Assembly (NCBI RefSeq): GCF_009914755.1
Contig: NC_060928.1
Length of the DNA stretch: 64,000 nt
Strand: one strand, 5' to 3'
From: the human T2T-CHM13v2.0 reference genome, Homo sapiens
Both the position numbers and the translations under genes were made by a program. Shown here piece by piece: positions 1 through 14,196 of the stretch; position 1 is the first letter of the stretch; each line of letters begins with the position of its first letter. The notes under the pieces were generated by a model that saw nothing but the letters and a program-made list of their open reading frames with translations, did not search any database and was not told the origin of the DNA.

Positions 1-502
1 CTACTAGCCTGATGGTCACTTAGTAGCTATCTTGATGATCAGATCGACAGCTGCAATATTGCAGTGCTTGAGTCCAAATTTTACTTAATAATGGCTCCAA
101 AGCACAAAAGTAATGATGCTGACAGTTTGGATATGCCGAAGAGAAGCTATAAAGTGCAAGCATTAAGTGAAAAAGTAAAAGTTATTGACTTAATAAGGAC
201 AGAAAAAACTCATATGCTGAGATTGCTAAGATCTGTGGTAAGAACACATCTATCCATGAAATTATGAAGAAGGGAAAAGAATCCATTCTAGGTTTGCTGC
301 CATACCTCAAGCTGCAAAAATTATGGCCATTTCAGTGTCTTTTAAGTGTTTGGTTAAGATGGAAAAGTCCTTAAATTCATGGGTAGAAGACATGAGCAGA
401 AATGTGGTCTGATTGATGGCAGTCGGGTTCAATACTATCTGAGGTTTCAGTCATTCACTGAAGGTCTTAGAATGCATCCCCAAGGATAAGGGGAGACTAC
501 TG
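1..502 (+). mobile_element. Tigger7/MER44-family DNA transposon remnant (TcMar-Tigger), right end
   Basis: ORF 64..267 (MAPKHKSNDADSLDMPKRSYKVQALSEKVKVIDLIR) resembles a decayed pogo/Tigger transposase N-terminus. It ends in the TIR ggataaggggagactactg followed by a TA target site. Confidence 0.8.
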
Positions 503-519
503 TATACTTGTTATTCTCT

Positions 520-830
520 TTGTTTGGAAAACTCTTCCCCTAGATAATCCATACACCTTACTCTCTCACTTTATTCAGATCTCAATGTCACCTTATTAGA
601 GAGGCCCTTTCAGGTCAGCCTATCTGTAATACGTTTACTCTTCCTTGCTCTTTCTCCCCTTTCTAATTTTTCTTTTTAACCCCTAATATAGTATATTTAT
701 TTGTTTTGTGTGTATCACCTATCTACCCCCACTGGAATGTGTACTCCATGGCAGCAAGGACTGCAATATACCCAACCCTTAAAACAGTGCCTAGCACATC
801 TTAAGCACCTAATAAATATTTGTTAAATTA
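520..830 (+). mobile_element. L2 LINE 3' end fragment
   Basis: Typical L2 tail: cagtgcctagcacat...aataaatatttgtt. Confidence 0.6.
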
Positions 831-2469
831 ACTGTTGAAATTCTTAGTATTCTATTAATGACGACAAGTAAAGACAGGTTGGTTTTTTTTTTTCCACTTT
901 CAATGTAAGTCTTAATTTTATACCTGGTCTTTTTTCCTCCTAAGACATTGTTTACATTGTCTCAAAGTATACTGCAGTGAGAAATTGTGTTTTTCTAGGT
1001 TGTATAAATTAATGGGTTATTTATAGTGTTGCTGCTGCTACTACTAATCCCAGTATGTTTTTCTCAGTATTTGGATATGATTCCTTAAAAGGTAACAAAT
1101 TTCTTAGATGCTAACCTAGTTTTTTTTATTATAAATAATAGCACAAAGTCTTTTATTAAATCATTCATTTATGAATTTTAAAGGCCATCAATACAAAGTA
1201 TTTATTTTACTGCCCTACATAATTCTCTAGGAAGTCTACCTGTCTTATATTGGCTAATGAAGGGAGAAAGTTCTAACTTCTCTGTATTGAATTAAAAGTA
1301 AAACTAGCCACATGTTTATAAGATTAAACTAATGCAAAATTTTAACTCACCAACATCGCCCTGGTATTTTTTTTCTTCTATTTATTTGGTTTCTCTGTGT
1401 ATCATATATATGTGGGATTTAAATAATAGGAAGAAATATATAAGACCTCAAGTCTGATTTTAGCAGTTCTTGGTTTGTTTGAACGAGTGAGGAAATTATC
1501 ATGCTTGTTTTGTGGGTATGCAGATACACAAATGTTACTTATAAATGCCCTCATGCTACCATGTCTGTGTCTCTAACATCAGGGGATGGATTTCAGAGAA
1601 GATAATGAGGTGTTTATATTCTGTTTTTTTACTGGGTATCCAGAAATGTTAAATTTTAAGCATTATCTTCAAGAGTTCTCATACACAATTAGCTATTTCA
1701 TTATAAAATTAAATGATTGATTTTAACGGTGAACACTACTTATGACTTTATGTTCTCAGGATATTTTTAAAGTTTACATTGTATATGTCATGTTGTTTTC
1801 CTATGTTAATTTTCAAGAAGACATATTATAATAACTAATATATTTGAACTTTTAAACATCATTTTTGTAGCTCTCAATTTCAAGGAATAAAAATTATTTT
1901 GGTGCCTTTTATTCCTTTATGTTAATATTACCTTCTCAGTGACAGGAGCCCAAGTAGCATATAACTGAGTTTTGCATTTTAAGTAATTTCTGGAGGTCCC
2001 TGGGAAATACAGTTGTCCTGAGGTGGAAGGGTCTATAATCTAAAGAATCTGATCTGTGTCTTTGTTGACTCACTGCATTCATTGGAACTGGATTTTAAAG
2101 AGCAAGTAGGCATTTTTAGGCAAAGAGGTAAATAAAGCAATATTTCCTGAAGTAGATTCCTAAAATAGTCCCTAAAGATAATTAGATAGTAAAAACATTC
2201 AGTTGTCAAGTAATCTGGGGAAATACTATGTTATTCTGGATTAAACACTTTCTGTACTGCAAGACTCCTTAGCACTTTTACTATGCTAGTGGGCATTGCG
2301 ATTCTCCAAAAAAATAGAAAAGGTATTAATTTTCTAAAGCTACCTGATGGTAGAACTCACTATTTTTCTCTCTAAATATCTTTTTATATCTCTTTCCTCT
2401 TAGTATCTTGAGAGACTACTGTTCCACAAGTGTGAAATTTCTGAAATATTAGTATTCATGACAAAGTAA

Positions 2470-3230
2470 ACTGCATGTTTAAAACCTCAGAAAGATGATA
2501 CATCATGGCGTGTTTGAAGAATAACTGGTAGTTTCATCTGACCAGAGAATGATGAGATTATGGGAGTAAAGGAGTGGCAGGAAGTGAGCTCAACCAGATG
2601 ATGAAGTCTCAATGTTAAAAATCTAGGAAGGGGAACATCACACTCTGGGGACTGTTGTGGGGTGGGGGGAGGGGGGAGGGATAGCATTAGGAGATATACC
2701 TAATGCTAGATGACGAGTTAGTGGGTGCAGCACACCAGCGTGGCACATGTATACATATGTAACTAACCTGCACAATGTGCACATGTACCCTAAAACTTAA
2801 ACTATAATAATAAAAGAAAGAAAAAAAAAATCTGTCCTATCAGCAGTGGGGGAACCAATGAAGACTTTTAAGAAGGGAAATAGCATGAACACATTTGCAT
2901 TTTAGAAGGAATGGGCATGAAAAGGTGAGACTTTAGATCTGAGTGTTTAATTAGAAGACTATTACAAGTGATAAATAATTGTGAACTGAAGATGTGGCTT
3001 TGGTTGGAGGATGATGAGTGGATGATGATATTATTAACAAATAGAATATCAGGAAGAAAACAAGTTTCATGGTAAAAGAGTTCAGTTTTTGGACATGTTT
3101 GGCTTGAAGTCTCTGGATGGCACAGGCATATATTAAGAATGCAATTGGAAAATCTGATCTACAGTTCTAGAGAGCAGTGTGAACTGAACTATGTATAGTT
3201 TTGGGTATCAGTATGATGTTTCAAACCATA
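2470..3230 (-). mobile_element. Old L2 fragment, interrupted by the L1 at 2625
   Basis: L2-like antisense motifs (gagttcagtttttggacatgtt, tttgcattttagaag) on both sides of the L1. Confidence 0.55.
2625..2825 (+). mobile_element. 5'-truncated young L1 (L1PA2-like), ~200 bp 3' UTR plus poly(A)
   Basis: Carries the G-rich tract and gctagatgacgagttagtggg (GAG, not the L1HS-Ta ACA diagnostic). TSD aaaaatct at 2617-2624 and 2826-2833, at a tt/aaaa endonuclease site. Confidence 0.92.
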
Positions 3231-3475
3231 AGAGGACAAGAGAGAGATAATAGACATCTTTCTGATAAATGTTACGCATCCCACCTGAGTTTTTCTGTGG
3301 TAAATTTACTTCAAATCCAGAATCTTTGGTTCTGAGTTTCTGAAAATTTCTTTAAATGTTATCAAAATCTAGAAAGTATACCTTTAGCAAGTAAACATCA
3401 GGATTGCTGTGATTACTTTGGTTATTTGGTCGGTTGGTTTTGCGTATGTGTGCTTGTGCATGCTTACACACTATA

Positions 3476-3625
3476 GTTTTTTATTTTTATTTTTATTTTT
3501 ATTTTCATGTAGAGACAGGGTCTCACTGTGTTGACCAGGCTGGTCTCAAACTCCTGGCCTCAAGCAGTCTTTCCGCCTCTGCCTCCAAAGTGCCAGCATT
3601 ACTGATGTGAGCCACCATACCTGGC
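3476..3625 (-). mobile_element. Alu monomer (FLAM-like)
   Basis: T-rich tail followed by a single Alu left arm in antisense. Confidence 0.85.
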
Positions 3626-4164
3626 TGTATACTATGTTTTAAATCAGCTATTGTCCATTACTTTTGCATTTAAAAGTCTAAACAGTGAAGACATAGGAGA
3701 ATTTGTATTTACTGAATTAGGTTGTGGCCAAAAGAAGCACCTACTCTGGGTATACAATAACCATTAAGGTAAGTCTTGAATATATATATTTTTTTTACTA
3801 AATCCAAGCCATTTATATATATATGTTTTAACTCCAGCACTCCCACCACATGACATTTCCTTGAAAAATATACTTTAGCATGTCTCTCATGCTGATTTTA
3901 GATTGAAATAAATATATTATCAAAAGGATAATGTTTAATAATGATGAAAATTTCTCTGGTGTCAGAAAAACAGATGAAATAAATACAGAGGGGAGGCAGC
4001 ATAGTGCATTCTAAAGTAGAAAAAAGTTATATTTATTTATTTTTCTTAAAAAGACAGTAAGCTTTACTACTATTTAACAGAGAAATTGTTAGTACTATGT
4101 ATATTTGGGTCCTATTCAAAATATTTTACTAATAAAGGATTTATGTTTTCTGGGGTGGTAGGTG

Positions 4165-4375
4165 AGAGCACACACCTTGAACTGAGACCAGCAGGATTCA
4201 AATCCTGGCTCCATCATGGAGTAACTATGTGACCAAAGCAAGCTACTTCATTATTTTTGTTTACATTTTTCATCTGATAATGCAATAACAGTACCCAACC
4301 TCATTGAGCTGTTACAAAAAAGGATTGATATAATAAATAAAATATGCTTAGCACATCGTAATCATTCAGTAGTGC
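4165..4375 (+). mobile_element. MIR SINE
   Basis: MIR core ggattcaaatcctggctcc...tgtgacc...gcttagcaca. Confidence 0.7.
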
Positions 4376-4420
4376 TAATACCAGCAAATAAGAATATCCA
4401 TTCAGTGGACTTCATATATA

Positions 4421-4756
4421 CAGGTTGAGCATCACTAATCCAAAAATCCAAAATCTAAAATGCTCCAAAACCTGGAACTTTTTGAGTGCAGACATGATGC
4501 AACAAGTGGAAAATTCCATGCATAAGTACTTATTACAAACTTTGTTTTGAGCACAAAATTATTTAAAATGTTGCATAAAATTACCTTCAGGCTATTTGTA
4601 TAAGGTATATGTGAAACATAAATAAATTATGTGTTTACACTTGAGACCCATCCCCAAGATATCTCCTTATGTACTTGCAAATTTTCCAAAATCCAGAAAA
4701 AAAATTTCTGAAACCCAAAATACTTCTGGTCCCAAGCATTTCAGACACTCAACCAA
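4421..4756 (+). mobile_element. Tigger4 (Zombi/MER46) non-autonomous DNA transposon
   Basis: Starts TA-caggttgagcatcactaatccaaaaatccaaaatc and ends in the degenerate TIR cactcaacc. Confidence 0.8.
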
Positions 4757-5457
4757 CATTCATGATGAGTCTAAGTATGCACAATTGTAATGATCTCCCT
4801 CAAACATCCCTAGCTCTTTTCTACCTAAAGACTATTGCATCAGCAGTTCCGTTTATATGGAGTGCTTTTTCTCTTGTTTCCCATGGCTGGCTTCTTCTTT
4901 TTATTCAAATTTCAATTCAGTTACCTGCTCAATGATGGCTTCAAGATTACCTAATATAAAATATTCACCTAGTCAATTTCAACCATATTATTCTATTTTA
5001 ATTTTCTCCAAATCATCACTTAATTTTTTATTATAAAACTCCCATCACTGGAATGTAAACATCACTCTTGTTCTCCATTGTTTCCAGCACCTTGATCAGG
5101 GCCAGGCATATAATAAGTGCTTTAAAAAAATTTGCTAAATTAATGAACTAGTCTGTTGAGGTTGTCATGAAAGAACCAGAGAAAAAGAGGGAGATTCAAA
5201 ATTTCAGTTTCGGAAAAAATGCCTTCCCCTGCCCTACCTAGGCCCTAAACCAGTATACCTATTTCAGTAGACTCAGACCTCCCAACTGGTATAGTTTGAG
5301 TATAGTCTTGCTATTTTAGATCTGACATCCATTGTTACTTAGGATAAGATATGGTCACCCACATGTCTCCTGTAGTGCAAGCTTTCTCTGCCTAGCCCTT
5401 TGTATCTTTCCCTTTTCCTAAACCCTGCTGGCTGGAGCACTGCTAAACACTACTGCT

Positions 5458-5779
<322 letters not shown>

Positions 5780-6219
5780 TACTACCACTGCTAGGTACCA
5801 CCCATCAAATTAGACCTATGCGGATATCAATACTTTCCCAGACTGAGTCCTTTTTGAATACTAATTTGGATCACTGTTCCCACCCCATCCATGCCTGTAG
5901 CTGGGTTCATTCCCAGAGTCTTTTTCTTTCCACCATCCCTTGCTGCTGAGATCCTAACATTCTTTACAGTTAGGCCTGTAAAGTTAGGATCCTTAGAAAG
6001 GGAAAAGGAATGGTAGAACTGGAATGCAAAACTGCCTTTGCGGTTTATACAGACCCTGTGTAACTTGTATGAATAGCCCTGCCTTTGAGTGTTAACTTTT
6101 AAGTTTAATAACCATTCTCTATTTTGGTTATTGTCATAGTATTGAGCACTATCTCATGTATAGGTAGGTGCCCTAATAGATGCTATTCAATGATGCTAAT
6201 TCTTACAAAGCCAATATTA

Positions 6220-6590
6220 TGGTATCTGTCTTATGCTCCATTGCCACATAAATAACCTCTGCAAAGCTTAGTGCCTTTTCATAACAATTATTGATTTTAT
6301 TCACAGTTCTGCAGTTTGGTTAGGGCTTGATGGGAAAGCTTGTCTGTTCTCCATACAGCATCAGCAGAGGAGGCTTGACATCTTAAAGCATATTTCTGTG
6401 TTCCAAGAGCAACCATCTCAAAAGACAAAAATTGGAAGCTGCCAGAAAAGAGCACCATGTTGTTTCTGTATTAGATAGATCAAACAGTCATGAAGCTGAG
6501 ATTTAATAACAGACATAGATGCCACCTCTAGATGGGAATACCATATTTTAATATAGTATTAATATTGCCAAGAATTTAGGGCCGTGTCAC
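6220..6590 (-). mobile_element. Old MaLR (MLT1-type) LTR fragment
   Basis: MLT1-like antisense motifs (gcttagtgcc, tcacagttctg, ccacctctagatggga). Confidence 0.5.
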
Positions 6591-7904
6591 TTTAGATATT
6601 CAGCATTTCATTTTTTAAACAAAATAAAATATATGACAAAAAAATCAAAGAAGAAAACCTATAAGGTCAGATCATAGCGGACATTAGAACACCATGTGCA
6701 CAAAAGAAGTATTTTTTTAAAAAATCACTTGACTCTGGGAAAGTTGGCATCATTTCAGACTACTACAGTGGCATTTAACCTAATTACTGTGAAACATCAA
6801 TTGGAAGCCAACTGAGGATTACTTGAATGGCCTCAAAAAGTTAACAAAACTATTAAGACACCTTACTGTTGTTAACTTAAGCCTCTGAAAAAGAGGGAAA
6901 AGAAGTAAATACCTAACTATTTTCTACAGTTAGCCTTTTTGTTTTAAAAACATTTCAGTTTGGTCTTGTGGGCAACTTAGACAATATTATGGACTTAAAA
7001 TAACAACAACAAAAACCCAAAATGCCAGAGCAGAGTAATGTTTACTTTGTGTGGTGTAAATGGTATTTGGATGAAATGAAAATATATGTGTTCAATTAAC
7101 TGTGGATTCTGGTATTCGGAAATTAAATTTTTTTTTTCATCTTAGAGAAAAAAATAGCAGGAATAAGAAGGTTTTACAATTTCCATTATTCACTGTATGT
7201 AAGCTCTTCTATAAACAAAGCAGAAGCTTTGACCTGGTAAGAGATGTGATTATACTTTCTTCAACTTTTGTCCCTCAACCCAACATCTTGCCTAAACAGT
7301 TTTTAGTTATTGACTTTTTAAAAGAAGCTTTAGAATTAGATATGGAAGGGTGAAAGGTGCATGATATTTTTAGTCAGCATCTGCAGTACTATAACATGAA
7401 AGATCTTCCCAATCTATTTTCATTTCTTTCCTTCTGGATAATCCGATTTTGCAACAAATTGATTGCTCAACCTCTCCATGTCACTTTTCAATAAAATCAA
7501 AAAGGTTGCTACAGTCCCAAGGTGGGGAAATGGTCTCTTTCTGGAAAGGGTGAGACCCAAAGGTCAGTTCATTAAACAGAGTGACTTAGGAGACCTCTAA
7601 TGCCTTAGCAATATATTCTAAAATCCTGACATTCGAAACTTAAATTGATCCTTTTCATTGATAAGTCTGCTCTTGAAAATTTTATTTAGAGGAAAAACTG
7701 AAGTAAAATACATTTTATGATTGACTCTGAATAATTAAATTTTTCCCTAAGATATAATTACTAGGGAATCACTCATTTCCCTGCTAGAAAGCACCTCATT
7801 TCCTTGAACGCACGCATATGAAAAAGACACCAGCATTGAAATTCTGACATCACAATTAATTAAAAGCATCTGTTTAAGACAGACATAACAGATCATATTG
7901 AAAA

Positions 7905-8130
7905 GAAGACTGAACCTGACATTAGAAATCCTACTTTAGAGTCCCAGCTTCACCACTTACCAGTTGCATGTCTTTGAACAAGTGCAAAGTTTGAGCAACC
8001 TATTTAGTGATCAGTGTCCTCATTTGTAAAATAAGAAAAATGTCATCTACCCTAACAACCTGACAGAGTTTTGAGGTTAGATGGTGTATCAAATATGCAA
8101 GTGCTTAATATATTGTAAAGCATCATATAA
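7905..8130 (+). mobile_element. MIR SINE
   Basis: gagtcccagcttccaccacttaccagttgcatg...cagtgtcctcatttgtaaaat. Confidence 0.7.
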
Positions 8131-11100
8131 GCAGAAAGTATCCATCATTTTAGGAACTTCAATGAAACATATATGGATTTTTGTAAGTTGTGGCTGTTAA
8201 AATTTCTTTTAAGAACATTGTACAATGTGATTAATAAAATACATTTTCTAAGCACAAATATAATGTTTTGTACTAATTAAACAAACTATATGCTCATTAA
8301 GGATAGAAACTAAGAGTTATATATCTTTACATCTCTAACAGTTTAGAGAACAGTTCTATATAGGCCAAGTTAGTTGTTTGATGTGTTGAATGAATGATTG
8401 AGAAAGATACTTATGAGATCATTATTCCTCAATTTGGAAGTATAAATTAGCCTTTTTTAACATTATGAATTCCAATGAATTCTGCTGTCTTTTTAGTTAA
8501 TTATTTAATTATTGAATACTCTAATAGTATATATAACAAAATTATAAGAGTAAAAATGCCATCACACTGTTAAGCTGTTGATGATTTCATAGACTGAACT
8601 GTGGGGTTTGTGAATGGGGGAGAGTATCAGATTATTTGTATCCACTGTTACAAGAAAATTGTCACATTGAGGTCAGTGCAGCTAAGAGGATTAGTGATAG
8701 TAGCCTCCAATTGGCTTTAAAAATGTAAAATTAAAATAACTATTCTAGATTTTTAGTGTTTTCAACAAGGTATCACCAAAATTTAAACAAAGTTGCCCTA
8801 ACCTACAGTGTAAACTTTATGTTGCTGACTAATTTCATGTATTTTCTCAGGAGTTTCTTTAGGAATTCTGTTCTTCCATTCTAGCTTTTGAAGTCTACTT
8901 ACACAGCTTTAAATGGCTGTTTTGTTATTCTCTCACAAAAGTTTTCAGAAACTTTTCTATCCCTACTTAAAATACTGTTTTATAGTTGACTTCTTTTACT
9001 GTTTTGACAAATGCATGCATAGCATCGATATCTAACGCATTTTCACACTTAGTACCTGCAAAAATTAGCATAATGCCTTGAAATGCAGTTTGTCATATTT
9101 GCAGAGAAAACTCATTCATTAAACTTTTATTGAGAACCTTTTATGTGCTTATCAGTCTCCTGGTAATCTTTTCATTTAATTGGACCCAAGTTTATGCAGT
9201 TCCAGGAAAAAATATTCATATCTATTTCAGGGAGACAGAAGCAATTTCAGCTAACGGTTTTTTGGGGAGTTATTTTAATGAATTATACTTAGGTTTCATT
9301 TTATAATAAATCATTTCACTGGTTAACAATAATAGACTTTATAGTATAAAAGATTTGTTATTTTGGGTAGTAACAAAGAGCTTGAAAAAGTAACTTTTTT
9401 CTCTTTTGTCTTGAAAAAAATTGTTATTGACAAAAGTAGGAGATGTTTTAAATTCATTCTGGAATAAGGAAAGGTGATGGGATTCCTAAAGTTTTAAAGC
9501 AAGGAGATAGGTTTTAAGCAAAGGGAACAAATTATATAAAGGAACTAATTCATAAGGTGTGAGAAATTCAAAGAAATGTCACTTGTGTAGAGAGGCTGGA
9601 ACAATGGGCAAATATCGAAAGTAGCAGATGAGGTTAGCAAATTAATCAGAGCCCAGATCATTTAAAGGCCTTGCTTTCTTGCCAAGACATCAATATTTTT
9701 TTCTTAAGGCAGAGAGGAGCCTATAAAGGTATTTGAGCAAAGGAGAGATACTTTAATGGGTACATTTGGAAGGGACTTTAGTAATATACTGAGGAAAAGC
9801 ATGCTCAGTGATTAGCTATGGAACAACGAGACAGAATGTGGTGAGCATAGTGCATCAGGGGTATAACAAGGGAAGAGGAGCCTGAGAAGGAGAGTGAGGA
9901 GAATTTAATAGGGGTTCAAAAGATTTCTTGATCTAGAACACCAGGGTTCAAAATGGTTTAATGAGTTCAATTGATTCCATTTTATTTTTTAATTAAATCA
10001 CTTAATGGCAGAGAGCATCAATTGGGGTTCAATGCTCCAGATAATTTTATGGATAATCCTATCTAATTTGAAGATATACTATATCCAGAATAAAAATGAT
10101 GCAGACTAACATTATAAAAGAACACCTTAGTTGGTAATAATGTAAAATTAACAGTGCTGTCTATTCAGATTGAACTTGTCCCTAAGCAGCTCTAAGTACA
10201 TTAAATATGAAAGCAAGGCCATGTTTTCGGTAAGACACAGAGAGGCAAACAACAAGCAATGTCATTTCCTATCTGGCACTGTCTGCCTGTATTTTCACGT
10301 CAATCTGATGTACTACTACTTCCCCCATTGATCTCTCATTTTTAGGTGCAAGTGAGTTAATTGTAGTTTTCTCCTAAATATGTCATATTGTTCTTGGTAT
10401 GCCTTCCCCATCCCCATTCTATCTGGTAAGTTTCTGATCCTCCTTAAATGCCCAAGTCTCTGTAAAGGCCATTCTAATGTCTCAAGACATTTCTATTTTA
10501 TCTTCAATGCACATACTTTTGCACATAATTAACACACACCTTCTTCTTAAATACCGTTAACTTCTTAAGAACAGAAACTATGTCTTCTTATTCATTTCTG
10601 TTGAGATGCGTCCTCTGCATATAGATGAGTATTGGGCATATAAGTAGGTATCTTACTTATTGTTCCAAGCATGAAAACCATAGCAACTGTGGGGATAGAA
10701 CCTCGGCTTTGCTGTTGATTGCCCTATAAAGCATGATAAATGACCATTCATCAGCTTGTCTTTCTTAATGCTGTTAATCAGACCTCTTTTGAAAACATTA
10801 ACATTTGTGGTTGTCGTCTTCCCTCTCACCTGTTCAAGGTTCTATTAGTGCCACCTTGTCTATTCAATTGTCTTATACCTTCTTTAAAAGAGTGGTGTAT
10901 ACAACATTGATCTCTGTTGAAAAAATTTGCTTTTGCTCTTGATTTTTTTACCTTTTCGGTGTGTTTTTAAGCTCTAAACATAGTTTTAGCCTTCTTTGTC
11001 TCCATATTAAAAAAAAAACACACAGAATACTGTTGGTGTGCTATATCTCAAACAAATGTTTTGAAAACAAAACAGCAAAAGAATATTTAGTAAAGACATC

Positions 11101-14080
11101 TAATGAGTATCCATGCACTCTTTTATAAGTAAGTTATAACTTGTAAGATACTTGTTATTTTAAGCTAAGAAACAAAAAATTAAGAGCTGCCTGATTTGGG
11201 ACATAAATTACTACACTGAACATGTGTGCTGGTGGTACATGTACACATTTTCCAGTGATTTTTTTTTTTCATTATTTGATGCTTTGGATGAACCAAAAAT
11301 GCTGGTGTTTTAACATGGCTTCCCCCTTGCTTAAAAATTGGCTCCTTTACCTCTGTACTTTCTTTTCTGGCAATGCAAACCACACTGAAGTGTTTAATCA
11401 AGTACCTCCTAACTGGAATTAGACAAAGAAAAAACTCATTTGCAGAAGAATTGCATTGCAGAACAAATGACATCATTTGTATTAAAATATTCTACACTTA
11501 GATTTCTTTTTCCGTGACACTAGAGATCCATCATTTTTAGTCAAGCTAAAAATAGATTGTAATTTTATGCTTGTAAATATTGTCTCAGGCACAAGGATAC
11601 TGAATAAAAATAGAAAGTAGGATTTGATTTTTAAATTAATACTGTATCCCAAAATACCACTTCTTTACCTTGTTGAATATATTTGAGATCCTGCTCATAT
11701 TTCCTGGAGCTTCGTAATATTTATAAAACTAGAACGGGGAAAGAGAATGCTTTATTAGAGGCAGCTTTTCCATAAAGCATCTGAGCACCATGCTGCTGTA
11801 TTTTTAGCTCAATCTCTGTGAATATTATGTGCAGCGTATGGTCTCTCAACTTAAACACAACCCTGAAAAGTACCTCTTTGCTTTCAGCCTTCATTTCTAC
11901 ATGTATTTTTTTATATGCAAAGATGCAGTATTAGCAAGAAAAATAGATCTCTATCAGCATTTGCTTTTGAAACAGACCTAAGGAAGTTAGGTAATTCTAA
12001 ATTTCTAATAAAAATGTGGTATAGAACTTGATATTAGATATTCCATTTAATAATTTTTTTCCTATCTCCTTATTCTTAACAAAAACATTCCTTTTAACTT
12101 TCTTTTATGAAAATTCTTTGACTAAGGAACTGTTAAGAAATCTACAAACAGAGCAAAGACAGAAATGCTCGTGCTCATTCCTTACTTCATGGTGGCTCCA
12201 TTTAATGGCAGTATTTTTTACTCTAGGTCTCCAAAGAGCCTCAAAGTACTCTTCTTTTTGCCTTCTGACACCTCCTTTCCTCCCCTCTTCTTGTTCTTAT
12301 TCTTTCTACTGCAAATTAAAACTGCATTGCCATAAAAATATAAGGCATATTTAGATGAATAGAAGGATGGATAGAAGTATGATAAATCAAGTATAGTAAG
12401 TTGTTAATGGTAGAATCTAGGTGGAGGGTATAAAGGCATTCACTCTAAGATTCTTTCAGTTTTGCTAGATGCTTGAAAGTTGTCATGACAAAAATCTCTT
12501 AGGAGTGGTTACCCATGAAGGGTGGGATTACAGCTTTTACTTCTTCTGTGTTTAAATATTGTACACATATATTATTAGAGAAAAATGAAGATAGTTCTTT
12601 TAAAAGCTACATGAATCTGTCATCACAAATGAAGTCATCAGAGTATTGACTTAAATATTCTTCATATTTGAAATTTACATTCATCCATGCTAAATAATTA
12701 AGGATGTGACAAAAGAATCAGCTGTGTATGATGCTCACATCATTACAATAGGAAATTGGGTACTTCAATTATAGTGTATATATAGTCAATGGAATACTAT
12801 GCAGCCATTAAAATATATAGATAGGAAGCAACGCATTGACATGGAAAGATATTTACAATATTTCATATTTTGTAATATAACATTTTATATTTTATACCTA
12901 GCTAGAACACATAAAATTTATGAATATAATTGAAAGTAACCATACATGTACATAAAATGTTATCGCTGAATTATGATGCTATAAATTTTTTTATATAGTT
13001 TTTTATTTACATTTAAAAATCTTTCCTAAAATAATATTTTCCTGTGCTTTTTAACTTAGTAACATAAGAGAGAAGGAAAACAGAAAAGAGAAGAAAAGAA
13101 AAATGTCATGCCATTTTTCTGGGAAAAAGGAGCAAGGAAACCTTAGTATGTTTAATTTTTTATCAAACCAAAAAGATTATCAGGATTTTCCCTTTTATCT
13201 ATATCATGGAAATCTGGTGTCTTACATTTTCTTAATTTTGCTCTTGTAAAGAATGCACTTGAAATATGTACAAACAAATAATTTCATTCATTCTTCTGAA
13301 GATATTTTTATGGATTTGACTAGCAGTTTTGAAAGGAAAGTTAAGATGTTTTTATGTTGTGGGGCCCCAGGCATTTCATACTTGGAAATGCCCTATCCTG
13401 AATCTCTAATTGCATTATATTTCTGTCTGACTCATGAGGAAAGGAAGCTTCAAAGCAGAAAACAGAAAATCCAATTTCTCCCTAAATACAGTAACCATTG
13501 ATATATTTCAGACAATGTAACACCTGTGTTTCAAAGTTTCCCAGTGTCCTACACAGAAGAATCAAGAGTTCAAGGATGTGCCAATTAAACAATAAAAATA
13601 TTTTTACTTATTATGGATCTCTCTATAAGGAGATTAAGCAATGTGTTGAAATTAGGTACTCTTTACAATATGTCTCTGAAAAAAGATAAAGGGAGAAGAC
13701 AATTACTGTTATTTTTTCCATTCTGCCAACATTAATTGGACAGTTGGTTTATGACCCTAAACTTAGTGTTTCAGTTATTGTTTCCATGCTTTAAAAGACA
13801 TATTGTTCCCCATAGATTTCCTTTCAATGGCTATTGAAGGAAATGTTGAATAGACATAAAAGTAAAACAAGCAAAAATAAAGTTCATCTCGGGTTCTAGT
13901 CCTCCTAGTCCTCATAGTCTGTTACATGGAATTTATCATTTATTATTTTATATGTATGTATGTATGTGTGTATGCTCCTCCCCCTCCTCCTCCTCTATGC
14001 TGGTAGTCTATTTTAAGCGTGTCTTCTTGTTCCCTCAAAATATATAATGTTTTGTGTTCTTCATTTCTTGTCTTTCTCAG

Positions 14081-14196
14081 GTAAAATGTCCAGTGATCGA
14101 GCTTTGAGGAAGCAGCAACAGTTGAACAACCTTGTCTATGTGGTAACAAATCAGGCCAAACCTGGTGACAGAATTGTGGATTTCTGCAGCGGTGGG
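14081..14196 (+). CDS. GSTCD: GSTCD coding exon (first in window): (G)KMSSDRALRKQQQLNNLVYVVTNQAKPGDRIVDFCSGG
   Basis: Polypyrimidine tract plus ...tctttctcag acceptor and GGG|gtattt donor; 116 nt, phase 1 to 0. The translation matches the GSTCD C-terminal region as I recall it and contains SAM-binding motif I (VDFCSGGG). Confidence 0.95.

Noticed and set aside
64-267. Possible domesticated Tigger transposase (TIGD-like) gene
   Set aside because: It frameshifts after about 40 codons and runs into the terminal inverted repeat with no DDE domain, so it is a non-autonomous remnant.
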